A program made the position numbers and the translations under genes. From positions 68,539 to 132,538 of the forward strand of contig CAZWVB010000001.1 of NCBI GenBank assembly GCA_964637185.1: DNA of 64,000 nt, written 5' to 3'. Position 1 is the stretch's first letter; each line of letters opens with the position of its first letter. This DNA comes from an uncultured Candidatus Saccharibacteria bacterium (GTDB lineage Bacteria; Patescibacteriota; Saccharimonadia; CAILAD01; BJGX01). Of this stretch, positions 37,651 to 50,467 are shown in pieces. A model generated the notes under the pieces. It saw only the letters and a list, made by a program, of their open reading frames with translations. It did not search any database and was not told the DNA's origin.

Positions 37651-38753
37651 ATCATAGCTTGTATGTTTGGGTGGGCCCGTTTGGCTTGTGGACCGAGCAT
37701 ATCAATTTTGTCTTCCAGGCCTAAGTAGCCCGCCAGCCAATTGATAGTCCTGACATAGTTAATCGCATTTAGTATCACATTACTATCGCCTGGGTTTAGC
37801 TCGCGACCCAGCACAATTTCCTCAAGTCGGTTGCTGGCGTCTTCTACCAATTTTGCTCTCATGGATATGGCATCTGGCATTTGATAATCCCAATTCCCAT
37901 GTTCGTCTTTAGTAAAATACACGTTGTCTCCGCCAACGATGTCTAGACCATCACCGGTTTCTTTCGTGTAGGCAATGGCCTTCTTCACAAATTCACCAAT
38001 TGTCTTTTTTAGCTGCTCGTCACGATCTATACGGCCAATCTGCTCAGTTAGCATGGGATACATTTGTAGGAATTCTTCTTTGGATAAATCCTTAGGGTTG
38101 CCGTAAATAAGTGTTTCATTGGCTTTGTCAATAAGAGTACTATCAACTCCTCGCTTTTCGGGATAGCCTCCTGCCAAACCAACTTTTGTGTCACTATCCT
38201 CTGAAATTTCCAGGCGTTTTTGTAGACTTACCAAAGCGGTTACTTTTTCTGGCAACCTATCGTACGTTTGGTCCAGCTTGAGGCTATCAACTAACTGTTT
38301 GGAAATTGGTATGTCAAGAACAAAGCGTTTGGTGTTGGGTATGTGCTCCTTGCCAAAGTAGTGGCCCAACTGAGCCAGACGCAGTTGCTCACGGGCTGCT
38401 AGCTGGCGTTGGAGCTGTGGTGTTAGCTCAAAACCGGGCTGGGCTGTTTGATCAGTGAGCCCAGGTATGTCTAGCTGATTGGCGTTCTCTAGTGCATTGG
38501 TGATAGAGAATATATTTGCCTTGGCTACAAGCTGAGGATGATCTGGAATAGAGAATACCACGTGCTCACCACCCTTGCCTAGGAATTGCAGACTATATCT
38601 GTCAAGATCTGATTCAGCTACTTCTCCGTGCGGGCGATCTGGGTGTTCTACAGGTACATCTGGTTTAACTTTGTTAAGCTCTTCTACAAACTGTTCGCCA
38701 AAGCTCTTCTCGCTGCTTGGCGAAGGCTTGGATTGTTCTGGAGTATTGCTCAT
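37647..38753 (-). CDS. protein-kinase-like fold protein (atypical), hypothetical
   Basis: Gly-rich loop GKGGEHVVF + VAK Lys; later DIVGGDNVYF...D motif reminiscent of the HxD...N/DFG segments. Confidence 0.55.
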   Translation of the reverse strand: MSNTPEQSKPSPSSEKSFGEQFVEELNKVKPDVPVEHPDRPHGEVAESDLDRYSLQFLGKGGEHVVFSIPDHPQLVAKANIFSITNALENANQLDIPGLTDQTAQPGFELTPQLQRQLAAREQLRLAQLGHYFGKEHIPNTKRFVLDIPISKQLVDSLKLDQTYDRLPEKVTALVSLQKRLEISEDSDTKVGLAGGYPEKRGVDSTLIDKANETLIYGNPKDLSKEEFLQMYPMLTEQIGRIDRDEQLKKTIGEFVKKAIAYTKETGDGLDIVGGDNVYFTKDEHGNWDYQMPDAISMRAKLVEDASNRLEEIVLGRELNPGDSNVILNAINYVRTINWLAGYLGLEDKIDMLGPQAKRAHPNIQAMM

Positions 38754-38765
38754 AATCTAAATAAT

Positions 38766-38851
38766 TTTGGTGGGCGAGGTGGGACTCGAACCCACAAGCC
38801 GTAATGGCAACGGATTTTAAGTCCGTCGTGTATACCAATTCCACCACTCGC
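38766..38851 (-). tRNA. tRNA-Leu (anticodon TAA), CCA encoded
   Basis: GGGCGAG acceptor, loop CUUAAAA, long variable arm. Confidence 0.85.
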
Positions 38852-38935
38852 CCGCGGCGGTTTGCTATCTGATATTGTATCGTATCCGGGCCAGTTCTGC
38901 TACAATTAAGCCAAATCATTATATAGGAGGAAATT

Positions 38936-39529
38936 ATGCCAGCACCAGGTGAAACTATTGCACCTCAGCCAGATCACAAAGAGGAACCCGCGACTCCATC
39001 AGCTCCAGAAGCTGCCGCACCAGAACCAGCACCTACGACAGAAGCTGTCAGCCCGTTAGATGTAAAACCAAAAGCTCCAGTTGAAGAGCCACATCGTATG
39101 GGGCCATCACCTGCTGAGCGTGGCGTGCCGCAGGATACTTTGCAGCCTACACCAGACCCGCGTATAGAGGGGGTGTCAGCAGCTGACCAGACTGCCGATC
39201 AGGCGCCCGATAAGCAGGTAGAAGCTCAGCCAGAACACAAATCATTCTGGCAGAAGATCAAAGATGCTTTCAAAGGCAAACCCAAGGAAGATAAAGGGCC
39301 AGCTGTGCCCAAAGATGTGGTTAACACAGGTATGAGCCCTAGCGCAGGGGTTGGTGAGCAAGATGCCGCCCGCAAAGCTGCTCTAAATGCCCAGGCTGAT
39401 AGCGCTGACACCCTAGGCTTACCACGCGTAATGACCAAGGCCGAAAGTCAGCGGTTGCCTCATGGCGACCAGGCGGGTGGTCCGGCCACAGTGGAAACTC
39501 CTGAAGAAGACCTAAAGAAAGTAGCCTAG
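38936..39529 (+). CDS. Pro/Ala/Glu-rich intrinsically disordered protein
   Basis: AGGAGG RBS; low-complexity composition; followed by a strong terminator. Confidence 0.5.
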   Translation: MPAPGETIAPQPDHKEEPATPSAPEAAAPEPAPTTEAVSPLDVKPKAPVEEPHRMGPSPAERGVPQDTLQPTPDPRIEGVSAADQTADQAPDKQVEAQPEHKSFWQKIKDAFKGKPKEDKGPAVPKDVVNTGMSPSAGVGEQDAARKAALNAQADSADTLGLPRVMTKAESQRLPHGDQAGGPATVETPEEDLKKVA

Positions 39530-39546
39530 CTTAGCTACTAAATAAT

Positions 39547-39573
39547 AAAAAGAGCCCTGATGGGCTCTTTTTA
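39547..39573. terminator. intrinsic terminator (AGAGCCC-TGAT-GGGCTCT + TTTTT, A-run on other side)
   Basis: Read directly. Confidence 0.65.
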
Positions 39574-39590
39574 TGTATCTAATCATGACA

Positions 39591-39667
39591 TGGTGGGCGA
39601 TGTAGGACTCGAACCTACGACCTCCTCGGTGTAAACGAGATGCTCTAGCCAACTGAGCTAATCGCCC
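39591..39667 (-). tRNA. tRNA-Val (anticodon TAC)
   Basis: Cloverleaf folded by hand; loop UUUACAC; CCA encoded. Confidence 0.85.
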
Positions 39668-39786
39668 ATGAAATGGGGAAAGGGTACCCGCAAAAGTTCA
39701 TACTTTTGTGGGGGAAGGAAGATTGCTTTAAAGGTGTTAAAAATAAATCTTTGATTTGTTTTACTTACCGTAGCAGCGATCTGACG

Positions 39787-39863
39787 TGGTGGATGATACA
39801 GGACTCGAACCTGTGACCTCTGCAATGTGAATGCAGCGCTCTAGCCAACTGAGCTAATCATCC
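39787..39863 (-). tRNA. tRNA-Val (anticodon CAC)
   Basis: Loop UUCACAU; CCA encoded. Confidence 0.85.
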
Positions 39864-39952
39864 GCCTACGCAAGGCTACGGCGGACAAGTCCTCTTCCAT
39901 GGCTAACGCGATCCAACTTAAATGTCTTGCCATTCGTAGCTTTAGCGAAGAA

Positions 39953-40029
39953 TGGTGCGGGTAGTGGGACTCTAACCCACGGCCTCGTCCTTGGCAAGGA
40001 CGCGCTCTAAACAACTGAGCTATACCCGC
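39953..40029 (-). tRNA. tRNA-Gly (anticodon GCC)
   Basis: GCGGGUAUAGCUCAGUUG...CCUUGCCAAGG anticodon arm; CCA encoded. Confidence 0.85.
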
Positions 40030-40030
40030 A

Positions 40031-40106
40031 TGGTGGCACCTGCTGGAATCGAACCAGCGACGCATGGCTCTTCAGGCCATCGCTCTACCAACTGAGCTAA
40101 GGTGCC
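40031..40106 (-). tRNA. tRNA-Phe (anticodon GAA)
   Basis: GGCACCU acceptor, loop CUGAAGA; abuts tRNA-Gly with a 1-nt spacer. Confidence 0.85.
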
Positions 40107-40216
40107 TTATTTTCAACAAACTTTGTCTAAATAACGGGATATATCATACCAAATATTGAGCAAATTTTCTATACCTTTTCAGATATGGCTATGAGCAGCT
40201 ATAATATATGGGATGA

Positions 40217-40291
40217 GGCGCGTTGGCCGAGTGGTTAGGCAAAGGTCTGCAAAACCTTTTACACCGGTTCGACTCCGGTACGCGCCTCCAT
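40217..40291 (+). tRNA. tRNA-Cys (anticodon GCA), U73 discriminator
   Basis: GGCGCGU acceptor, loop CUGCAAA, U discriminator typical of tRNA-Cys; CCA encoded. Confidence 0.85.
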
Positions 40292-40306
40292 GTATAATTA
40301 CACAAG

Positions 40307-41035
40307 ATGCCCACGCCAAAAATAGCCAAACCCCAAGAATTATCTATATCGGCCATGCTTACCGCGGCTTGGCACACTTTCTTTAGTGACTACGTGGCAA
40401 TGACACTAGTGGCTGTTTTTGTGCCTGGTATTATCTTGGCTCTCATCAATATGCCCCAGCAGATACTGGTATTCGTATCCGGTCTACTTGGGAATTCAGT
40501 TAATAACTCTGGCGCATCCGGTGCTATACTAGCTGGCCTGGTATTGATAGCCATTTTGGGTATAGCAACAGCGGTGGTGCGCATCTGGCTACAGTTCTTG
40601 ATGGCCATCGGCGCCACGCGCATACAACTCGATATTGTCGATGGCAAAGAACCAACTTTTCGCCAACTATTCAACTCTGAGGGTATTTATTGGCGCTATC
40701 TGTGGACGAGCGTACTGTATGGATTATTAATCATCGCTGGATTGATACTTTTCATAATCCCAGGTATTTATTGGGCGGTGCGCTATCAGATGACCCTATA
40801 TGCTATGGTGGATCAAAAGCTTGGTGTACGAGCTGCATTTACTCGTAGTAGTGAGCTAACCCACGGCCGCAAGTGGTGGCTAATAGGGTTTGGTATCACT
40901 ATGTTTGGTGTCAACATACTTGGGCTACTGGTCTTCTTTGTTGGTCTAATTGTGACCATACCGCTTACCAGCCTAGCGCATTTCTATCTCTATCGATACC
41001 TCACTCAAAACAGCAAGTCTGCAACTGTCAAATAA
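40307..41035 (+). CDS. polytopic membrane protein, hypothetical
   Basis: Five to six TM segments. Confidence 0.55.
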   Translation: MPTPKIAKPQELSISAMLTAAWHTFFSDYVAMTLVAVFVPGIILALINMPQQILVFVSGLLGNSVNNSGASGAILAGLVLIAILGIATAVVRIWLQFLMAIGATRIQLDIVDGKEPTFRQLFNSEGIYWRYLWTSVLYGLLIIAGLILFIIPGIYWAVRYQMTLYAMVDQKLGVRAAFTRSSELTHGRKWWLIGFGITMFGVNILGLLVFFVGLIVTIPLTSLAHFYLYRYLTQNSKSATVK

Positions 41036-41108
41036 TATTAATACAAAGCTTGTAACTGCCGTGTAGTGTGGTTCGTAAGCATTACAGATATGGTGTTAAA
41101 ATACTAGT

Positions 41109-43568
41109 ATGGTAGAACATCAGATCGGCAGCTCTCGGCCAGAGGTGGCCAAGGAGGTAACGGAATTACCGTCGCGTACTCGTGAACAGCGCAGACTGCT
41201 TGCGGCGTTGGAACAAGATGTGCCCATACATGGGCCAAATCGGGAGTTTTTCGACCATCAATTTGAACTGGCTGTGAATAGCTTGCTCAACAAGGACCAG
41301 CAGACAGCAGTACATGCGGCAGCTGACATGTTGCTCTGGCGTTGGTTTGGAGGGGCTGACCAGCCACTGCCGGATAGCGTTGCACTTTTCTTTGGCAGTG
41401 AAAATCGTTTGATATATAACCCCAAGAGCAGCATTGGTGTGGCTAATCCTTCAGCCGAGCAATATTTGAAATCGTGGATAGGCAACAAGGAACCAGAAAG
41501 AAGCGGACTTTTTAAAGGAGCAGCGCTTGAGAGTTACATTAGCGCCATGCCTATGCACAACTTCCTACGCAGTTTTCTAGTTGAGGCCCCAGTAATACAA
41601 GAACTCCGACTGAGTGATCAGGAGCGCCTAGCTCGTGAGCGGCAGATAGAAGCCGATGTACGACACAGATATGGCATGGCGGATGGTAAGCCATTTGAGC
41701 GCTACACGCCGGCCTGGAAAGAGCTGCAGCGACATTTCTACCTGCTCGATGAGGAGACTAGCCCCAGACTCGATCGCAAGCCGTCCGACCCCAAGGCCAA
41801 ATTCGAAGCATGGCTACTCGCCGAGGCCCAGTCACGCTGGAGCTCACAACACCCTAGTTGGTACCCAAATACTGGCGGACCACCAGAAGTGAAGATCATC
41901 GGTTTGGCATCTATTACTCAAGATTATAGTGACTTTGATATGGCATTGCGTGCCGACTCATTCCAACTGTCCAATGGTGAAACATTGCCATTCAATTCAG
42001 TCATGAATGGCTTCATGGATGATCAATATGAGACCGGGCCATATACAATTCCCCGATTGGACGCTGGCCTATTGGAGGACTTCAGCGCAAATTTGCTACT
42101 AAAAAATATGCAATACAAACAGGCTTTGGCTGCGGCTGTACACTCCGTTACTGAAAGATACTTGTACTTCAACAATGGCCAACTCGATGACTCGTTGTTA
42201 ATTGCTATTCGCAGACCGCGAGGAGATATTTATACTGAGTTGCCAGAGAGTTATCTGAGACACAATACCCTGGCTATAGATAAACCACAATCCAACGATG
42301 TTTTGGTGGTGAGTAGAGAAAGGTATAGCCAGGATATCCACAGTACCATCGGCGATGTACTGTACCGATCAAGGCCGCAGGATGCTGCAAGGCTTGTGGA
42401 TTTTCAAACATTTGAGAGAGTGCGCCAGCTGCCACTGCCTAAATCTGACAAGCTGCAGGATTATGATCTTGTGCTGCAGTTTGATCCGAAGATGGAGCTG
42501 GCTGTCAATGACGCTAAGCCGCGCGATGGACATGGTCGAGAGCCATACATAGCTGGGTTTGATCTGGTAGCTACAGATGGTGACAAATGGTATTTCAACC
42601 GATCTGAGCTAGATCCATATGAAGGGAGTGGGCAGATCAAGCTGGAGAAAAATGGTATCGATCTACTTCGCCAAAAATACAGTGCCAATGGTATGACTGC
42701 GCTGGCTCAAGCCTTGCAAGGCATTGAAACTATGAGCGCGGCTGATCTGGCAAGTATTATCCGTCAGCATAGTGATTATACCTTCGACACCTCACTGCCG
42801 GAATTTTCCAAGATTACATCTGGCATGATGGTATCTATTGGTGCCTTCACACAATTTGTACGTGATGGCAGGGTGCAGATGCAATGTGCTGGTGCCGCGA
42901 CATTTCTTGGCTATTCGCTCGAAATCGCCCTAGAAGGCAGCACGGCAGTACAAAGCGACGGGTGGCTGATGACTGATAGCGCTAGGCTCACGGCAGTGCG
43001 GCATGCTCAAACATTACTGATATATCAGGGTAGACAATTTCTGCTCGACGCCACGCCAAATGCCGATGCAGCAGGGGGACGCAGTTTGGACATCACTGGC
43101 AACTTTGGGCGTGGACGCTTTGGCCGACGCCGCAGCACGGCCCAAGCACATCGTGAGATAGAAAACCATCCGCAATTGCCTCATGTCGCCACTGAATCGC
43201 CGGCTGAGGAGATTGAGATTGAGCCGCCCAAGACGGCTGATTTGAGCGAGTTGCTGGCAGAACACGAGCCACAACGTATTGAAGCCTGCAAAGAGCGAGT
43301 CGAGCAGATCTTGTCGGCAGTGCTAGATATACCCAAACAGAATCTCGCAGAGGATCTGATCAAACTAAGTCGAGATGACCCGGTCTATCGGGCCTATGAA
43401 GCCTTGCACAAAAAGCCGCCCGTCGGCACACGGGCCGATCAAATAGCCGCGGCTGCTGAATACATCGAGAGTTATGTCAAAAAGGGCGATGCAGGCTGGC
43501 GCAAGCGCCACGGAGTACCACTATACAATCCAGACTTCATGCATCTGTTGCGGCAAGCTCTGTTGTAG
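41109..43568 (+). CDS. large hypothetical protein with C-terminal transglutaminase-like Cys-His-Asp core
   Basis: 819 aa. QMQCAGAATFLGY...RHAQTLLIYQGRQFLLDATP fits the TGase-like motif (C ... HAW..Y..G.W..DPT). Confidence 0.65.
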   Translation: MVEHQIGSSRPEVAKEVTELPSRTREQRRLLAALEQDVPIHGPNREFFDHQFELAVNSLLNKDQQTAVHAAADMLLWRWFGGADQPLPDSVALFFGSENRLIYNPKSSIGVANPSAEQYLKSWIGNKEPERSGLFKGAALESYISAMPMHNFLRSFLVEAPVIQELRLSDQERLARERQIEADVRHRYGMADGKPFERYTPAWKELQRHFYLLDEETSPRLDRKPSDPKAKFEAWLLAEAQSRWSSQHPSWYPNTGGPPEVKIIGLASITQDYSDFDMALRADSFQLSNGETLPFNSVMNGFMDDQYETGPYTIPRLDAGLLEDFSANLLLKNMQYKQALAAAVHSVTERYLYFNNGQLDDSLLIAIRRPRGDIYTELPESYLRHNTLAIDKPQSNDVLVVSRERYSQDIHSTIGDVLYRSRPQDAARLVDFQTFERVRQLPLPKSDKLQDYDLVLQFDPKMELAVNDAKPRDGHGREPYIAGFDLVATDGDKWYFNRSELDPYEGSGQIKLEKNGIDLLRQKYSANGMTALAQALQGIETMSAADLASIIRQHSDYTFDTSLPEFSKITSGMMVSIGAFTQFVRDGRVQMQCAGAATFLGYSLEIALEGSTAVQSDGWLMTDSARLTAVRHAQTLLIYQGRQFLLDATPNADAAGGRSLDITGNFGRGRFGRRRSTAQAHREIENHPQLPHVATESPAEEIEIEPPKTADLSELLAEHEPQRIEACKERVEQILSAVLDIPKQNLAEDLIKLSRDDPVYRAYEALHKKPPVGTRADQIAAAAEYIESYVKKGDAGWRKRHGVPLYNPDFMHLLRQALL

Positions 43569-43625
43569 TTGTTTCAAGATTGATGATTTATTGATATAAT
43601 TGAGCTATAGAAAGGAATAATCTTT

Positions 43626-44195
43626 ATGATGTTTATTTGGATACTGTTAATTATTGTATTGCTGGTCGCTGTTTGGCTATGGGCCACCTACAATGGCCTG
43701 ATCAAATCCCGCAACCGAGCTGATGAGGCCCTCAGCGACATCACCGTCCAAGAAAAGCGCCGATTAGACCTTATTCCCAATCTGGTCGAATCGGTCAAAG
43801 GATATGCCAAACACGAAAAGACCGTGCTTGAGAATGTTACCAAAGCCCGCGCAGCTGTTATGAATGCGCCCGAGGGGGATCTTAGCAAGCGAGCCGAGGC
43901 CGACAACATGCTAAGTAGTACTCTCAAAAGTCTGTTTGCAGTTGCAGAGAATTATCCAGATCTCAAAGCCAACCAGAACTTTTTGCAACTCCAAGATGAG
44001 CTAGTCGATGCCGAGGACAAGATTCAAGCCGCTCGCCGCTTCTACAATGGCAATGTGCGTGATTTCAACACCAAGCTGCAAGTGTTCCCAACCAACATGA
44101 TTGGCAAACAGCTCGGCTTTTCGCCCAAAGATTTCTTTGATGTTGCGGACGCAGAAAAAGAAGCCGTCAAGAAAGCCCCTTCGGTCAAATTCTAG
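43626..44195 (+). CDS. lemA: LemA family protein
   Basis: N-terminal TM + LemA consensus (YNGLIKSRNRADEALSDI...NYPDLKANQNF). Confidence 0.8.
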   Translation: MMFIWILLIIVLLVAVWLWATYNGLIKSRNRADEALSDITVQEKRRLDLIPNLVESVKGYAKHEKTVLENVTKARAAVMNAPEGDLSKRAEADNMLSSTLKSLFAVAENYPDLKANQNFLQLQDELVDAEDKIQAARRFYNGNVRDFNTKLQVFPTNMIGKQLGFSPKDFFDVADAEKEAVKKAPSVKF

Positions 44196-44331
44196 CCGGG
44201 ATAGCGGCGTTGGGATCTGCGCTACTCAGTCGATGTAGTAGCTCTACACCTTCTTTCGTTGCTCGATCCCGCCTTGCTCTCCACGCAAGAATTTAACCTG
44301 GCTAAACTAATTCAAACTTATAACATCTACC

Positions 44332-44907
44332 ATGAGATATCCGGCGGCTGATCCCAAAAACCTTGTCTACTCAGACAGTTTTGGTGTGCGTGGTGACAAC
44401 TACTACTGGCACAATGCTGAGCGATTTGGCATTACCAAAGACGAATTGGCGGCCGAGGACATAGTCGATGCCCGTGTCAAGGTCGACAAATCTCTGGAAG
44501 TTCCACTCAAAGCTGCTCAAGCTAAATTGAAACAGCATGGCTACGACATAGTTATCAAAGATGGCTATCGTAGCCCTAGCATGTACGAGCTGGCCCATCG
44601 CAAACGCTCGGAGACTATGGGCAAGACCGATCAGCTGATCAACCTCGAAGCCATGCCGCATGCGTCGGGTAGGGTAGTAGATCTGGATTTGGTGGATGCC
44701 AAGACAGCTGAGCCAGTACCGATGCGCAATCGCGATGATGGCTTGCCCGCCTGTTATGTTGGCTTTTACCGTAGTAAAACTGATCCAAAATCGAGGGAAT
44801 ATCAGAGATTACAGGATTTATTGGTAGATACTATGAAAGATTTGGGTTTTGTTTTGGGTAGCAAAGACGAATATTGGCATTTTGAACTGCCACCAAAAAG
44901 TAGCTAG
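44332..44907 (+). CDS. M15-family D-Ala-D-Ala dipeptidase/carboxypeptidase (VanX/VanY-like)
   Basis: HASGRVVDL (SxHxxGxAxD) and EYWHFE (EWWHF) motifs. Confidence 0.7.
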   Translation: MRYPAADPKNLVYSDSFGVRGDNYYWHNAERFGITKDELAAEDIVDARVKVDKSLEVPLKAAQAKLKQHGYDIVIKDGYRSPSMYELAHRKRSETMGKTDQLINLEAMPHASGRVVDLDLVDAKTAEPVPMRNRDDGLPACYVGFYRSKTDPKSREYQRLQDLLVDTMKDLGFVLGSKDEYWHFELPPKSS

Positions 44908-44915
44908 TACGAAAG

Positions 44916-44961
44916 AAGCCCACCCGCGAAGGATGGGCAGGCTCCTTTCGCGAGCGGGCTT
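44916..44961. terminator. long imperfect GC hairpin between convergent genes
   Basis: AAGCCCACCCGCGAAGGA...TCCTTTCGCGAGCGGGCTT. Confidence 0.45.
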
Positions 44962-44966
44962 GAGGC

Positions 44967-45122
44967 TCAGTCGTCCCACCAGTCGGCGTCGTGGATGGGG
45001 TCGCTGAGCGGGCGATCACAGAGCCCACAGCATGACAGGGCGGGTCCTTCCTCGAAGAGGTGAGGCCTGTCGTAGTCGGGCAGCTCGTCGACATCGGGCG
45101 AGTCGGGGAGGGTGTCGCTCAT
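44967..45122 (-). CDS. 51-aa acidic Cys-containing peptide (GC-rich islet d, gene 2)
   Basis: Start ATG overlaps the stop of the upstream gene (ATGA); high GC3. Confidence 0.4.
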   Translation of the reverse strand: MSDTLPDSPDVDELPDYDRPHLFEEGPALSCCGLCDRPLSDPIHDADWWDD

Positions 45123-45517
45123 CACTCGTCCTCGACGGTCGCGTAGGGGTCGTCGTTGCCGGCTGCCCACGCGACGGCGATCGGGTCGATGCGCTCCAGC
45201 TTCTCGAACGATCCGCCCAGCTGGCTGAAGCGAACCGTCTCGGTGGCACGACGCCAGTCGTCTCGACGCCACACGTCGAGTTGGCCGTTGTCGACCCGGG
45301 CGCGGACCCTGACGTCGAACTGGTCGGTGGGCTCGGGCGCGTGGGTCTTGAGCCACTGGGCGAACATCCCCAGCACGAACTCGTGGCTGTTGGCCTCGAG
45401 TTCGTCGATCTTGACGATCGTTGGCTCGGGCGGCGGCATGCTCTGGTGATGAGCGTGCCGCCGGGTGAGAAACACTGCATAGTGCATGCGGTGGGTGGTG
45501 GGTGCTGTGGTTGGCAT
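45122..45517 (-). CDS. hypothetical protein (GC-rich islet d, gene 1)
   Basis: CAGGAGGAATCG RBS before ATG; GC3 about 90%; no motif recognised. Confidence 0.5.
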   Translation of the reverse strand: MPTTAPTTHRMHYAVFLTRRHAHHQSMPPPEPTIVKIDELEANSHEFVLGMFAQWLKTHAPEPTDQFDVRVRARVDNGQLDVWRRDDWRRATETVRFSQLGGSFEKLERIDPIAVAWAAGNDDPYATVEDE

Positions 45518-45566
45518 CGATTCCTCCTGGGGGTGTCGATGGATGCCTTGGTGCGAATACGCTCAA

Positions 45567-45595
45567 ATATTAACACAAAACACCCCAAAAGTCAA
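45567..45595 (-). promoter_or_regulatory. sigma70-like promoter (TTGACT-17-TAATAT) driving islet d
   Basis: Hexamers read on the minus strand. Confidence 0.45.
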
Positions 45596-45643
45596 TATAA
45601 TAGAACTTTCTTATCTGTTGCAATCTGGTATAATTGATAGGGT

Positions 45644-46549
45644 ATGTATACCGAAATAGCCAAAAACAAGCGCAATAGCTGGTTTTTGATCACTGGCTTT
45701 GTAATTCTGATAGCCTTACTGTGTTGGGTATTCAGCCTGGCACTCAACAACCAGCTTATTATGTACGTTGGAGTTGGTTTCGCGCTGTTTTATGCCGCTA
45801 TTAGCTATTTCTATAGCAGCAACATGGTATTGGCGGCCAGTGGAGCCAAGCCGCTTGCCAAGAAGGACAACCCGACGCTTTATCGTACGGTCGAGAACCT
45901 CGCCATTACCGCAGGCATACCTACTCCCAAGATATATATCATCGACGACACAGCGCCCAATGCCTTTGCGACTGGTCGTGATCCGCAGCATGCCATGGTC
46001 TGTGTGACTTCTGGCCTGCTAGACAAACTCGACAAGCAAGAACTTCAGGGAGTAATCGCTCACGAGCTTAGTCACATCGGCAACTACGACGTCAAGCTCA
46101 TGACATTGGTGGTGATGCTAGTCAGTATAGTGATATTGCTCAGCGACTGGTTTTTGCGCATTAGCATATTCGGCGACGACGATAGTGGCGACAGCGGCAA
46201 CCTCCAACTAATCATACTGGGCATAGCAATAGTGTTTGCTATATTGGCGCCGATTATCGGTATGCTTTTCCAACTGGCTGTCAGTCGCAAACGCGAGTAC
46301 TTGGCTGACGCTAGCGGTGCGCTACTGACTCGCTACCCCGAAGGCTTAGCTAGCGCACTTGAGAAGATCGAGGCTGATACCGAGCCGCTCGAGGCTGCCA
46401 ATCGCGCGACAGAAAATCTTTACATCATCAACCCGTTGCGCGAGGGCGTCAAGAATGATCAACGCGGCTGGTTCGCGAGTATGTTTAGTACCCATCCGCC
46501 TACTGCCGAGCGCATCAAACGCTTACGTGCTATGGACATAAAACCCTAA
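45644..46549 (+). CDS. htpX: zinc metalloprotease HtpX (peptidase M48)
   Basis: HELSHIGNYD HExxH motif; 4 TMs; C-terminal STHPP. Confidence 0.9.
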   Translation: MYTEIAKNKRNSWFLITGFVILIALLCWVFSLALNNQLIMYVGVGFALFYAAISYFYSSNMVLAASGAKPLAKKDNPTLYRTVENLAITAGIPTPKIYIIDDTAPNAFATGRDPQHAMVCVTSGLLDKLDKQELQGVIAHELSHIGNYDVKLMTLVVMLVSIVILLSDWFLRISIFGDDDSGDSGNLQLIILGIAIVFAILAPIIGMLFQLAVSRKREYLADASGALLTRYPEGLASALEKIEADTEPLEAANRATENLYIINPLREGVKNDQRGWFASMFSTHPPTAERIKRLRAMDIKP

Positions 46550-46563
46550 AGGAGGAAATTGAA

Positions 46564-50350
<3,787 letters not shown>

Positions 50351-50467
50351 TCAACACAGTCTTGACTCAAACTACTTTTGTCTCAAAGATCTCTAGTCTT
50401 ATTTTTTCTACGTAGCGTTACTACTATGTAGTAGTACGTACAAGCCCTTCGACAAAGGAGAATTGCT

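Noticed and set aside
39953-40029. Initial call of this tRNA as tRNA-Ala(TGC)
   Set aside because: Re-folding gives anticodon loop UUGCCAA = GCC (Gly), and G3 pairs with C70 (no G3:U70 Ala identity pair); recalled as tRNA-Gly(GCC).
39841-40065. 74-aa minus-strand ORF
   Set aside because: Runs through tRNA-Gly and tRNA-Val sequences.
45032-45637. 201-aa plus-strand ORF and two other long minus-strand ORFs (44967-45566, 45016-45588) in islet d
   Set aside because: Multiple overlapping long ORFs are expected at about 67% GC. Only the minus-strand pair 45517-45122 / 45122-44967 has a promoter, RBS and ATGA coupling.
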